Shown: positions 31,821 to 42,519, numbered from the stretch's first letter. The stretch is 64,000 nt of DNA from Nitrosopumilaceae archaeon (GCA_965207375.1 OZ242274.1:1568001-1632000), one strand, 5' to 3'. A program made the numbers and translations. The notes: generated by a model not told the origin, from the letters alone.

Positions 31821-32156
31821 ATGGAATATTACCTAAACATAGGGGGTACTGAATGGATTATCATAATTTTTGCAGCACTAGTGTTGATACTTGGCACAAA
31901 CAAACTCCCCGAAGCTGCAAGAAAATTAGGCAAGGCATCTGCAGAATACAAAAAGGCAAAAAATGAAGTTGATTCTCAAATCAATGAATATACCAATCAA
32001 AAGATCAACATTACTGGACCTGTGCAAAATGAACGTCAAAAGTTAGAATTGATGGCACAATCAGTAGGTATTGATCCTACAGGAAAAAACACAGCGCAAT
32101 TACGTGTGGCAGTCAATGAAAAAATAGGCCAAAAACGAATCAATGAAGAAACGTAA
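31821..32156 (+). CDS. tatA: Twin-arginine translocase TatA/E
   Basis: TM helix plus GTNKLPEAARKLGKA amphipathic helix. Confidence 0.9.
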   Translation: MEYYLNIGGTEWIIIIFAALVLILGTNKLPEAARKLGKASAEYKKAKNEVDSQINEYTNQKINITGPVQNERQKLELMAQSVGIDPTGKNTAQLRVAVNEKIGQKRINEET

Positions 32157-32266
32157 CTGTCATGTTTGTATGAATTAATTTTCATATATTTTTTACAAAC
32201 AGCCAATGTAGTAAATAGATATAATGACAAAAAGAGTGGACATAATGTCCAATTTTGACAACAGTC

Positions 32267-32461
32267 CTACTGATAGTCCATCTTACTTTTGATCTTATTT
32301 ACTAGTGCAAATTCTTCTTTGAGATGTTTTGCAAGTAATTTTTCGTGGTCTTTTTTGTGTTTCCAGTAGATATTCAAAACCTCTTGTCTGGTTTTTGCAC
32401 GATTCAAAGCTGTTTTGAATTTTTTGTGGGATTCAGCTACTTGTGATGTATAACTTGTCAT
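32267..32461 (-). CDS. Small basic hypothetical protein
   Basis: 64-aa helical ORF with a TATA-like element upstream. Confidence 0.6.
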   Translation of the reverse strand: MTSYTSQVAESHKKFKTALNRAKTRQEVLNIYWKHKKDHEKLLAKHLKEEFALVNKIKSKMDYQ

Positions 32462-32540
32462 GTATTAGTAACATAAATTAGAATAGATAACTTTAGAAAG
32501 TGAGTATATTTGCACATTTGTGTGATTTAGATTGACCATT

Positions 32541-32600
32541 TACCTCTAGACCTAGGGGAGGGTATACAATAGGACCCATGCAGATCGGCTACCTCTACCA
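32541..32600. ncRNA. Candidate small structured RNA (similar to 47272-47324)
   Basis: GC-rich island in an AT-rich intergenic region, sharing sequence blocks with the second element. Confidence 0.3.
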
Positions 32601-32633
32601 AATCATAAATTAACAAGACAGTACGTTTTTGTA

Positions 32634-35135
32634 TTGAGATATTTCTGTCCAAACTGCAAATCAAGACTAGATTTTCATAAAACATTCAACAAACAAATTA
32701 TGATTTCATGTACATGCGGCATTAAAACACTGTTAAATTATGCAAAAAACTCAGACGAGGTATATCTGGAATTTCTAACCTTATATGATGAGGGGAAAAT
32801 TTCACCTCAAAACCTGCAAAAGTCACAAATGGCTGACATAGTTCGAGACCCAAAAGAAATTAAAAAACTAATTGGTAAATTCACACCTGGTGCAATAACT
32901 AGTTCTGTACTTTACTCCCAACTTGATTATATTTCACATTATACAGTAATAAAAAACCCGCAGCCAAAAATGGGATGTAAAACCGATGAGTTAATTTTTG
33001 ATAAAAAACTATTAGAGTCACTTGAAAAAAAGGGCATTGTACAATTTTACAAGTTTCAAGAAGATGCAATTTGTCAAATCACATATGGAGAAAATATTGT
33101 AATTGAGGCCCCTACAGCATCAGGAAAAACAGAGGCATTTACAATTCCGGTAATTCAATGGATTAAAAATGAAAATATTTCTGCAAGTGTGGCTGCAATT
33201 TTTATTTATCCAACAAAGGCACTAGCCAGGGATCAATACCCGAAAATTTACGAGCTTGCAGAAAAGCTAGGAATTACAGTCAAGGTGTTTGATGGCGATA
33301 CAACTCAAAATGAGCGGAATAAAATCTTAATAGAGCCACCACAGATTATAATCACAAATTTTGATGTCATTCATTATCATTTATGGCACCAGACAAAATT
33401 TGCATCACTGCTATCTACAGTAAAGTTTGTAATAGTAGATGAGGTTCATGTGTATTCTGGAATATTTGGTTCAAATGTACACTATATCCTAAAGCGACTA
33501 GACCGCATTGCAAAAAATGTACAGTTTGTTGCAGCTTCTGCAACTTTAGAGAATGCAGAATCTTTTTGCAGCAAGCTGTTTGGAACAAAAATGAAACTCG
33601 TTTGCGGTCAAGGAAAAAAAGGAACAACTGACTTTGTGATGATCTTTCCATCACTTAGAACTCAACGTGCCCTAATGGTTGATCTTGTCAAAAAGCTAAC
33701 AAGAAAAAAACACAAGACCATGGTGTTTAACAACTCTCATCGGAATTCTGAACTGCTAGCTATACAGGCAAAAAAGCAAAAGGTAAACATTAGAGTACAC
33801 AGGGCAGGATTGATGGCAAATTATAGAAGATTTGTAGAAAAGGCATTCAAAGAAGACAAATTAGAGGCAATCTCATGTACTCCTACGCTAGAGTTGGGCA
33901 TTGATATAGGCAATGTGGATGCAGTGATATCTGCTACCATACCTGTAAACCGGTTATTTCAAAGAATGGGCAGAGCTGCTAGACAGGGACAAAACGGATA
34001 CGCATTTTTGGCACTAGGCAATGATCCAATATCGCAATACTACAAAAATCATCCAAAAGACTATTTTGAGGATATAGAAAAAACATACATTGATCCAAAA
34101 AATCCGTTTGTTGAAGAATGTCAAGTCTTGGCAATGGCCTGCGATATGCCGTTATCAAAACATGAACTAAAGGAACACTCTGAAACTATAAACAAACACC
34201 TCAAAGAAAAAAACCTTACACAAATTGAAAACAGATACGTTCCAAATTATGATAACATAAACTCTATACTAGCAAATTATAGTATACGCGGAATCGGAAA
34301 ATCAATAGATATCTTTTTGGGCGCAAAAAAGGTAGGGGACCGGATACTACCAATTGCCCTAGAGGAGCTACATCCGGATGCAATTTATTTTCTGGGAGGC
34401 GTTAGATACAGGGTCAAAAATCTAAACTATCCCAAGAAAAACTTTGCAACACTAGAAAAAATTCCAAAGGATTATCCGTATTATACCAAGGCATTAACAG
34501 AGGAATGGCCCACAATTCAAAGGGTATATGAGAAAAGGACGGCATATGGAATTGAGATTGCCTTTTGCAAACTATACATAAAAAAGCAGGTAATCGGATA
34601 CGTAAACATAGAATTGGGACAAGAAGCAATACAGGGCCAAAAAACCCTTTTAGATAATCCCTTAGAATATGACTTTGTAACAAAAGGAATGGTTTTTCAT
34701 GCACCAAGGCCCATTGATGTATTGTATCAGGCAGAAAACCCAGACCATGCAGAGGCAAGCGGATACCATGCAGCAGAGCACGTAATTATTGAGGGAAGCA
34801 ACACAATTACTGGAGGTGTATCTCAGGATTTGGGAGGAATTTCTATGGGTACATCAGGGCTGATTTTTGTATACGACGGTGCAATAGGCGGCAGTGGGGC
34901 AAGTAAGGCACTATATGACAGATTTGAAAAGGCCATAAAGCGAAGTCTTTGTATCATACAGGAATGTCCGTGTAAAGGTGAATCAGGATGTCCTAGATGC
35001 ACATATTCGTACAGATGTGGAAACAACAATGAATATTTGCACAAAAATAGTGCACTAGAGGTGTTTCAGAGAATGATACAAGGTGAAAATACTACAATAA
35101 CTGAACCAACTAAACAGGACAGGCCTCTAGTATGA
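32634..35135 (+). CDS. DEAH helicase with DUF1998 Zn domain (Hrq1/MrfA-like)
   Basis: PTASGKT, DEVH, SAT, LELGIDIG, QRMGRAAR and CPC..GCPRC motifs. Confidence 0.92.
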   Translation: MRYFCPNCKSRLDFHKTFNKQIMISCTCGIKTLLNYAKNSDEVYLEFLTLYDEGKISPQNLQKSQMADIVRDPKEIKKLIGKFTPGAITSSVLYSQLDYISHYTVIKNPQPKMGCKTDELIFDKKLLESLEKKGIVQFYKFQEDAICQITYGENIVIEAPTASGKTEAFTIPVIQWIKNENISASVAAIFIYPTKALARDQYPKIYELAEKLGITVKVFDGDTTQNERNKILIEPPQIIITNFDVIHYHLWHQTKFASLLSTVKFVIVDEVHVYSGIFGSNVHYILKRLDRIAKNVQFVAASATLENAESFCSKLFGTKMKLVCGQGKKGTTDFVMIFPSLRTQRALMVDLVKKLTRKKHKTMVFNNSHRNSELLAIQAKKQKVNIRVHRAGLMANYRRFVEKAFKEDKLEAISCTPTLELGIDIGNVDAVISATIPVNRLFQRMGRAARQGQNGYAFLALGNDPISQYYKNHPKDYFEDIEKTYIDPKNPFVEECQVLAMACDMPLSKHELKEHSETINKHLKEKNLTQIENRYVPNYDNINSILANYSIRGIGKSIDIFLGAKKVGDRILPIALEELHPDAIYFLGGVRYRVKNLNYPKKNFATLEKIPKDYPYYTKALTEEWPTIQRVYEKRTAYGIEIAFCKLYIKKQVIGYVNIELGQEAIQGQKTLLDNPLEYDFVTKGMVFHAPRPIDVLYQAENPDHAEASGYHAAEHVIIEGSNTITGGVSQDLGGISMGTSGLIFVYDGAIGGSGASKALYDRFEKAIKRSLCIIQECPCKGESGCPRCTYSYRCGNNNEYLHKNSALEVFQRMIQGENTTITEPTKQDRPLV

Positions 35136-36412
35136 TTGTACCCTTATTGTTAGTTTGCATTCTGTTCTTGCCGCCTGTTTTTGCAGAATCTGATTTTGAA
35201 ATCAAAACGATTGCAGAAAACATGCAAATTCCATGGTCAATTGATTTTGCATCTGATGGGAGAATATTTTTTACAGAAAGAGGGGGCACAATAAGAGTAA
35301 TCGAGGATGGCAAGCTAATTTCTGAGCCTGTAAAAAAATTAAATGTAGGTTTCGTTGAGGGCGGACTGTTAGGTATTGCATTGGATCCAAACTTTGAGGA
35401 CAACCATCACATCTATGTCTATTACACGTATACTGATTTTTTATCCACATACAACAAAGTAGTAAGATTTACAGAGACAGATAATACACTTGCCAACGAA
35501 TTTGTTTTAATTGACAAGATTCCTGGAGGTCCAATACATGATGGGGGCAGGATAAAGTTTGCACAAGACAAAACGCTATACATAACAACTGGGGATGCAG
35601 GCAATCCAAGCCTTGCACAAGATCTTGATTCATTGGCAGGAAAAATTCTCCGAATAAATTCTGATGGAAGCATTCCAAAAGATAATCCGTTTGAAGATTC
35701 ACCAGTGTTTTCACTAGGACATAGAAATCCTCAAGGGCTAGATTGGCATTCTGATACAAAAAATCTGGTAATTTCAGAACACGGACCTTCAGGAGAGCAA
35801 GGTTTTGCCCATGATGAAATCAACGTCATATATGCTGGAAGAAATTACGGGTGGCCAAAAATTGTAGGGGATCAGATAAAAGAAAACATGGAAAATCCTC
35901 TACTGCACAGCGGGACATACACATGGGCACCATCTGGTGCAGCATTTTATGATTCAGATAAAATACCTGAATTTTCAGGCAAATTTTTGGTTGCAACACT
36001 TGCAGCAAAACACATCATGGCAATTTCGATGGATTTGGAAAACAACGAGATAAAGGACACAAAACAGTATTTTCTTGGAGATTACGGCAGGTTACGAGAT
36101 GTGGCAGTAGATGATCACGGTAATATCTATATTTTAACTAGCAACAGGGACGGACGTGGAAATCCTACCCTCAATGATGACAGGATTTTAAAATTAAGCC
36201 CAAGCCAAGATGCTGACAAAGACATACTCATAGACCCATCTATAAAAAAACAATTAGAAAGTATCTCAAATGAGGTAAAATGCAATCCTGGATTGAGTCT
36301 GATTTTCAAAGATATCGTCTTGAGTCCTGCTTGTGTGAAACCTGAATCCATACAAGAGTTAATCGATAGGGGTTGGGCTGTAGATTATATACCAAAGGCA
36401 TACTCAGAATAA
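35132..36412 (+). CDS. Secreted PQQ-dependent sugar dehydrogenase (YliI/sGDH-like)
   Basis: EGGLLG, HDGGRI, GHRNPQG, NYGWP and GRLRDV motifs. Confidence 0.9.
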   Translation: MIVPLLLVCILFLPPVFAESDFEIKTIAENMQIPWSIDFASDGRIFFTERGGTIRVIEDGKLISEPVKKLNVGFVEGGLLGIALDPNFEDNHHIYVYYTYTDFLSTYNKVVRFTETDNTLANEFVLIDKIPGGPIHDGGRIKFAQDKTLYITTGDAGNPSLAQDLDSLAGKILRINSDGSIPKDNPFEDSPVFSLGHRNPQGLDWHSDTKNLVISEHGPSGEQGFAHDEINVIYAGRNYGWPKIVGDQIKENMENPLLHSGTYTWAPSGAAFYDSDKIPEFSGKFLVATLAAKHIMAISMDLENNEIKDTKQYFLGDYGRLRDVAVDDHGNIYILTSNRDGRGNPTLNDDRILKLSPSQDADKDILIDPSIKKQLESISNEVKCNPGLSLIFKDIVLSPACVKPESIQELIDRGWAVDYIPKAYSE

Positions 36413-36453
36413 CTAGGACACAAGATATTAGGAGCAAAATTTGTGATATTATT

Positions 36454-37284
36454 ATGGAAAAGGTCGCACTGGTAACTGGAAGCTCTAGTGGTATCGGATA
36501 CGAAACCACACTTGCATTGGCAAGGGATGGTTATCATACGTTTGCAGGTGTAAGAAGTATCTCAAAGGGCGACACATTACAGCATGCTGCAAAGGCAGAA
36601 AAGCTGCATTTAGAAATTATAGAATTAGATGTAGATGACGAAAATTTGATTGTATCTGCAATTAAAAAAATCATGACAGATACAGGAAGGCTAGATGTTT
36701 TGGTAAACAATGCAGGGTATGGTCAGTTTGGATGTACCGAGGATGTAACGGTAGCAGAGTTTAAAAAACAATTTGATACTAATTTTTTCAGCATCATTAG
36801 AATTATCCAAGAGGTAGCCCCCATAATGAGAAAGCAGTCCTCTGGAATCATTGTCAATATAAGTTCGGTGGTGGGTAGGATGGGACTGCCATGCTCGCCT
36901 GCATATATCAGTACAAAGTTTGCCCTAGAGGGATTAAGTGAATGTTTGAGATATGAACTAGGTCAATTTGGAATAAAGGTTACTCTAATTGAGCCCGGAG
37001 TTATCAAGACGAACTTTTTTGATTCGATGAAGGTTCCAAAATCAAATGCAGATCCAAAATACAAACAGCTAACCGATAATATCTTGTCAGGATTAAATCT
37101 AATGGTGGAGATGGGCACTGTACCCTCAGAGGTGGCAAGGATAATAATGAATGCAATTAGCGATGAGCCCATACTGCCAAGATATACCGCAGGTGCAGAT
37201 GCTGCAATGTTTATGGAGGCAAAAAAGATGAAAACGGATGTAGAGTTTGAAAAATACATGTCAAAAGAGCTGTTTCCAAAATAG
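36454..37284 (+). CDS. Short-chain dehydrogenase/reductase
   Basis: TGSSSGIG, NNAG and YISTK motifs. Confidence 0.92.
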   Translation: MEKVALVTGSSSGIGYETTLALARDGYHTFAGVRSISKGDTLQHAAKAEKLHLEIIELDVDDENLIVSAIKKIMTDTGRLDVLVNNAGYGQFGCTEDVTVAEFKKQFDTNFFSIIRIIQEVAPIMRKQSSGIIVNISSVVGRMGLPCSPAYISTKFALEGLSECLRYELGQFGIKVTLIEPGVIKTNFFDSMKVPKSNADPKYKQLTDNILSGLNLMVEMGTVPSEVARIIMNAISDEPILPRYTAGADAAMFMEAKKMKTDVEFEKYMSKELFPK

Positions 37285-37503
37285 TAACTCGTCTACGATA
37301 CCAAAATTATTGTCAAGATGATTTTTTTACATTAACTGTCTAAATCCAAGTCTTTGTCAAGATTGCACATAGATACTAAAGATACGGTTTTATTATATCT
37401 GATGTTTTAATACGAGTACAATGCAGGGCATATTGACTTTGGTAATAATTTCTGCTGTCAGATATATTTTCTAGACAACTTTAGAAAGTCTATATGCTAC
37501 AAA

Positions 37504-38262
37504 TTATTTCATCATGTTTGCAATTTTGGTCAATACCTTTTGGGCTACATCATCAATCAAAGGCACGCTTGGCATCAAATATTGCAGGTCCCTTTTCCAG
37601 TTATCTTTCATCATGGTTATTCCTTTCTTTAATTTTTCAAAATCAAATTGCTCACCATAAAGAGCCAATTTTGAATTAATTAAATTTGGATCAATGACTA
37701 TTCTTCCCGATTAGATACCACATATCATACAGATGTCGTGGTCTATGTGCATATGTTATGACACGTACCTTCTCAGCCACTATTTCCTTCAGGGTCATAG
37801 TTGGAATGTAAAAGACGCTTGGTTCAAGGTTATCATAAAAATGAATAATTTGTCGATTTTCTTTACCGCCCAAAACATTTTCTCGTATGCTTAGGTCTAT
37901 CTTCACACTATTTGGGTATCCATTAAAATCATTATATTTAACAGAAAATCCCCTACTTTGCGCAACTGTCTTTTCCTCTTTTACCTCTGTAAAGTTTACT
38001 TGTTTATTGGCAATCTCTTTGATTAACAAATCATAAAGGTCACTTGAGATATCTTCACTGCACGTAAAGTCAAGATCCTCTGAAAACCTTGTTTCTGCAA
38101 AATACGCTTTCTTCAAGGCCGTACCTCCTTTGAAGACAACTTTGTTATTCCCATCAACTCTAGATATTATTGACAGTATGATTGTAAGTGCAAAATCTTT
38201 TTCCAAGGTACCTGCAGGAACTCTATATTTGCCTGCAAGAATTTTTATTTCATCGCCTTTTA
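37504..38262 (-). pseudogene. AbiEii nucleotidyltransferase toxin with frameshifted C-terminus
   Basis: LEKDF, FKGGTALKK, RFSEDLDF, AEK and RHLYD motifs. After residue about 170 the sequence continues in other frames (RIVIDPNLINSK; SYGEQFDFEKL...WKRDLQYLMP). No ATG at the homologous N-terminus. Confidence 0.75.
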
Positions 38263-39078
38263 GTGTTCCATCAAGTCTTTTAGCTGATTTTCTGTTCTAT
38301 TGATGATTAAACCAAAATCTTTCGAATATGCATATCTGTTCTTTACCGTTCCAGGATCAAGATAATGATATCCTTTGAAGGTATTTTTTTTGATTTTATC
38401 TACAATGTCACGTTTTATTTCAAGAAACGATAAAAGATAACCTAATCTTCTTAACACTACATTTACTCCAACATCACTTGCATGTTTTAGAACAACATCC
38501 CAGTTCACATCGTTTTCATCCCTGCAATTCCAGAGTGCCTTTGCTACTTCGATAATTCCACCACAATACTCTGGATGCATCAGTCCATCTATCAGAGTTT
38601 TTTCCTTTGATGATATGTTGAATTTAACATCTCCGGCTTTTTGCTCTACATATCCAAAAAACTTTTTCTTTGATAATGTTACAAATTCATACCTTTGATT
38701 TCCAAACTCCAAATTGCGTTTTCTTTTTGTTGTTGCCACAAATACTGTCAGGGGAATTTGCTCTGTCATGTCCCAGAAATTCATTGCAGTCCAAAAGGCA
38801 ACATAGTATACATCAATAATATGGGGCACAATTATCCCTGGATACTCTGTCCAATACTTTTCATATCCTGCCCTTGCAGGAACTAAAAGATACTTTCCTC
38901 TCTCAATCCTTTGTATGCATTTTTTGCGGGTCAGCTTTATTAGGATATTTTTTACCGAAGGAATGCTGGTTTTGAGAATTTTTTGTGCGTCTTTAAAGGT
39001 AAAGACCTCCATTTTGTCCTTTTCTAGCGTTAAGAGAAGTCGGTTCTCCCTGTCTCCCAAGATTAGATTTTGTGTCAT
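38260..39078 (-). CDS. AbiEi antitoxin (type IV TA)
   Basis: wHTH with RIERGKY, MTEQIP, EKTLIDGL..PEYCGG and RRLGYLL motifs. Confidence 0.88.
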   Translation of the reverse strand: MTQNLILGDRENRLLLTLEKDKMEVFTFKDAQKILKTSIPSVKNILIKLTRKKCIQRIERGKYLLVPARAGYEKYWTEYPGIIVPHIIDVYYVAFWTAMNFWDMTEQIPLTVFVATTKRKRNLEFGNQRYEFVTLSKKKFFGYVEQKAGDVKFNISSKEKTLIDGLMHPEYCGGIIEVAKALWNCRDENDVNWDVVLKHASDVGVNVVLRRLGYLLSFLEIKRDIVDKIKKNTFKGYHYLDPGTVKNRYAYSKDFGLIINRTENQLKDLMEH

Positions 39079-39528
39079 ACAGGTCTCCTACTAAGAGACA
39101 TTTGTTACATGAAATATATAAATATTATAAGATGTATAATTCGGAATTAGATTTGGGCACGGATTTTTGCTCTTGTTAGACGTGGTTTTCTAATTAAGAA
39201 TCACCTCTCGGATTTCGTTCTACAAGAAACAATGCAAACAAACACAAAATCGTAAAATTGAAGGTATCTATGGAACCTTGTTTTGTCAGACTAGACGTTT
39301 CACAAAAAGACCATTCAAGTATCTATAAGAGATGCAGACTGCAATGAACTAGCCAACAAAAAGATACAAAACAATCCATATGACCTCAAGTACAACCTCA
39401 GATATCTGAGAATTGATTCATAATTGGCTAATTTTTGTAATTGATCGGTCTGTGGAAGCATCAATTTAGTGGGGTAAGAGTCATGTGTAGAATCATTAGG
39501 TAAGAACCTGTGCGTGTCATCTGACTTT

Positions 39529-40563
39529 TGTATTATATCAAAAGTCGGTCCGCTAATCATCAGTATCCTTCTCCATCCATTTTGGGTCACTTTTTCTGAT
39601 CGCATCAGGTACTTTTTTGTTTCTAAACGCCTGCAATGGAACCTCACAGTGCTCAATGTCCAGTGAAAAGTGCAGTCTGCGCTCATTGTAATAATCAACA
39701 TACTCTCTCAGATTTTCATAATGCCATATTTCCTCATCTATGCTGCGGTGGAATCGTTCCAGCTTGCCGTTGGTCTGTGGATGATACGGACTAGTGTTTA
39801 TCAGTATGATGTCTCTTTGTAAGAGCTCCTCCTCAAAGAGGGTAGGAGTCCACGTTTTCTTTTTCTTTCTACCGCTTCGTCCTACAAAACACGCACCGTT
39901 ATCAGATAGTATGGATGCAGGTGCGCCAAACCGCTTTATTGCAAGTCTTAGTGCCAGTACGGCATTCTCAGATGTTGCATGTTGAAACAGTGCAGCACCT
40001 GTTATACATCTTGAGGCATCATCAAGATATGTGACTAGATTCGTGCCTGTAAAGCGTGGATCTTTCATTTCATGCCAGTCCACATGCCACATGGCGTTTG
40101 CATATTTTCGCTCAAAGCGGACGTATTTTCGCTTTTTTGATTTTGCATCAGATGATATTATCATGCCGTTTTTTTTCATAATACGGTATACGGTACGATA
40201 GCTAATATCATAATTGTCCTGTAGTCTTTTTGCAGTACGCAGTACCCCTACAGGTTCATTCTTGTAGGCCTCAGTTACTAGACGTATTTGTGTAGATGTA
40301 ATTCCAATGTGTGGTCTACCTATTTTCACGTGAGTTGTTCCAGTAGCCTGAGCTCTGGCCCATAGTCTTCTTACGTGCCTTTCAGTAATTCCAAGATCCT
40401 GGGCTATCTGGGATGACTTTATTCCCTTTTTGCGCTGTCTAATTATGTATTGTCTGGATTCCTCTGTCAGTCTTTTTGCCATGGGTTTTCTTGATCGATG
40501 CAGTCTGAAATAATCAGCGATCGTCCTCCTGATCCTAGGCGGACTGACTTTTCGTACAATAGA
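39529..40563 (-). mobile_element. IS481-family element, 1035 bp
   Basis: Imperfect 25-bp TIR (TGTATTATATCAAAAGTCGGTCCGC / TCTATTGTACGAAAAGTCAGTCCGC); 15-bp direct repeat GTGTCATCTGACTTT at 39514-39528 and 40564-40578. Confidence 0.9.
39553..40482 (-). CDS. IS481-family transposase
   Basis: HTH plus WHVD, DDASR, SDNG and PQTNGKLERFH (DDE). Confidence 0.93.
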   Translation of the reverse strand: MAKRLTEESRQYIIRQRKKGIKSSQIAQDLGITERHVRRLWARAQATGTTHVKIGRPHIGITSTQIRLVTEAYKNEPVGVLRTAKRLQDNYDISYRTVYRIMKKNGMIISSDAKSKKRKYVRFERKYANAMWHVDWHEMKDPRFTGTNLVTYLDDASRCITGAALFQHATSENAVLALRLAIKRFGAPASILSDNGACFVGRSGRKKKKTWTPTLFEEELLQRDIILINTSPYHPQTNGKLERFHRSIDEEIWHYENLREYVDYYNERRLHFSLDIEHCEVPLQAFRNKKVPDAIRKSDPKWMEKDTDD

Positions 40564-40636
40564 GTGTCATCTGACTTTCGTTAAATTGATATACGTAGTA
40601 CAATGAATTTTATCAAATTTCTAGAGATGAGAAGGG

Positions 40637-42205
40637 ATGGGAAAATGGAAAACATTACAACACAACGGCATACTATTTCCACCCGCATACGAATCTCAGG
40701 GGTTTTCCATCAAAATTCAAGGCAAAAAGGTTTCTCTAAGCATCGATCAAGAAGAGATGATATACCAATGGGCCAAAAAAAAGGATACCCCATATGCGCA
40801 AGACAAGACATTTCAAAAAAATTTCACTGCAGATTTTGTAAAAACGCTAGATTCAGAATTTAAAAAAACTAGATACACTGATATTGATTTTTCTGCTGCC
40901 TACAAAATTGTAGACAAAGAAAAAGCTGCCAAAGAAAATATGGGCAAGGAAGAGAAAAAATCACTTGCCGCTAAAAGAAAGGAGATGCGAGAGCAACTAA
41001 AAGAAAAATATGGTAGGGCCATCATGGATGGAAATGCAGTCGAGGTAGCAAATTACATGGCAGAGCCTCCAGGAATCTTTATCGGTAGAGGGGCGCACCC
41101 ACTTCGAGGAAAATGGAAGAGGCGCGTAACTGCAAAAGATGTTACACTAAACCTAGGAAAAGATGCAACGGTACCAGAAGGAGATTGGGGCAAAATCATT
41201 TACGATACTAGTTCAATGTGGCTTGCAAGCTGGATGGATGATTTGACGCAAAAACGAAAGTATGTTTGGCTAGCAGATACTGCAGGACTAAAACAGGAAA
41301 GAGACAAGGCAAAATATGAAAAGGCCGTTATTCTTGCAAAAAAGATTGATAAAATTAAAAACAATATTGTAAAGGACATGCAAAGCAAAGATCCCGAACA
41401 AAGTAGAATTGCAACTGTGTGTTACTTGATTTACAGAACTGCAATGAGGGTAGGAGATGAAAAGGATCCGGACGAGGCAGATACTGTAGGTGCTACAACT
41501 TTAAGAAAAGAACATGTAACAATCACAAAAGATGCAATAGAATTTGACTTTTTAGGAAAGGACAGCGTACGATGGAAGGAAAAGATGTCCATAATAGGAC
41601 ACGACAAGCAGTTTAGAGACAATTTGAAAAAACTAATACAAAGCAAAAAACCATCTGATGAGATTTTTGATTCGATTACATCGCGCCATGTCAATGCATA
41701 TTATTCAAGTATTGTAAAGGGGTTATCTGCCAAGGTATTTAGGACATATTTGGCTACCACTGTTGTCAAAAAATACCTAAAAGAACATGACAATATCAAA
41801 TCAAAATCCCCCAATACCAAACTTTATCATGCAAAACTTGCAAATCTAGAGGCTGCAAAAATGTGCAATCATAAACGCACTATACCAAAAACCTTCAAGA
41901 CATCACTAGAAAAGAAACGAAATACCCTAAAAAAAGCAAAAACCGTAAAGCCCAAAACCGAAAAGCAAAAGGAACGCAAAAAAGAAAGAATTGAAAAACT
42001 CAAGCTTCAAATAGATTTGGCTGAAAAAACAAAGGATTACAACTTGGGTACATCATTGAGAAATTATATAGATCCAAGGGTGGTAAAGGCATGGACTGAT
42101 TCTATGGATGCACAATGGAACAAACTATACACTGCAGCGCTACAAAAAAAATTCCTCTGGGTGCACAAGGAAAAACTCAATTGGAAAAAAATAGCAGCCA
42201 ACTAG
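40637..42205 (+). CDS. DNA topoisomerase IB (eukaryote-like)
   Basis: WKTLQHNG, EPPGIFIGRG, RVGDEKD, FDFLGKD, AKVFRTY, CNH and GTSLRNYIDPR motifs. Confidence 0.96.
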   Translation: MGKWKTLQHNGILFPPAYESQGFSIKIQGKKVSLSIDQEEMIYQWAKKKDTPYAQDKTFQKNFTADFVKTLDSEFKKTRYTDIDFSAAYKIVDKEKAAKENMGKEEKKSLAAKRKEMREQLKEKYGRAIMDGNAVEVANYMAEPPGIFIGRGAHPLRGKWKRRVTAKDVTLNLGKDATVPEGDWGKIIYDTSSMWLASWMDDLTQKRKYVWLADTAGLKQERDKAKYEKAVILAKKIDKIKNNIVKDMQSKDPEQSRIATVCYLIYRTAMRVGDEKDPDEADTVGATTLRKEHVTITKDAIEFDFLGKDSVRWKEKMSIIGHDKQFRDNLKKLIQSKKPSDEIFDSITSRHVNAYYSSIVKGLSAKVFRTYLATTVVKKYLKEHDNIKSKSPNTKLYHAKLANLEAAKMCNHKRTIPKTFKTSLEKKRNTLKKAKTVKPKTEKQKERKKERIEKLKLQIDLAEKTKDYNLGTSLRNYIDPRVVKAWTDSMDAQWNKLYTAALQKKFLWVHKEKLNWKKIAAN

Positions 42206-42265
42206 GCATCTCAATTTTTGCCCATACGAATGATTTAATTTCCTATTAAAACACATATTTTTTGT

Positions 42266-42380
42266 GCCGGGGTAGCTCAGCCTGGTTAGAGTGCCAGTTT
42301 CATTGGTAAATTCTAGCAGTTCTCCAACTAAGGCAATACTCATAATCTGGAGGTCGCGAGTTCGAAACTCGCCCCCGGCA
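42266..42380 (+). tRNA. tRNA-Met(CAT), elongator, with a 40-nt intron at non-canonical position 30/31 (42298-42337)
   Basis: GCCGGGG/CCCCGGC acceptor stem and TTCGAAA T-loop. Spliced anticodon arm CCAGA-CTCATAA-TCTGG. BHB motif present. Confidence 0.92.
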
Positions 42381-42519
42381 TTACATCCTGTTTGTTTTTT
42401 GTAGATCTTGCGATCGCAAGTTTTTGATCGATAAAATATTGACTAATTTTTGTATAAAACCAAACAAAACAAATTTTGCACAAGTTTTATTAATATGGAA
42501 TTCATCCTTTCATCGATTT

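Noticed and set aside
39315-39701. 128-aa ORF crossing the IS481 end
   Set aside because: An alternative-frame read-through of the transposase into flanking DNA.
40637-42205. Eukaryote-like topoisomerase IB as a novelty
   Set aside because: It is an established hallmark of Thaumarchaeota.
42266-42380. tRNA as the attachment site of an integrated element
   Set aside because: No duplicated tRNA 3' end and no tyrosine integrase seen in the window.
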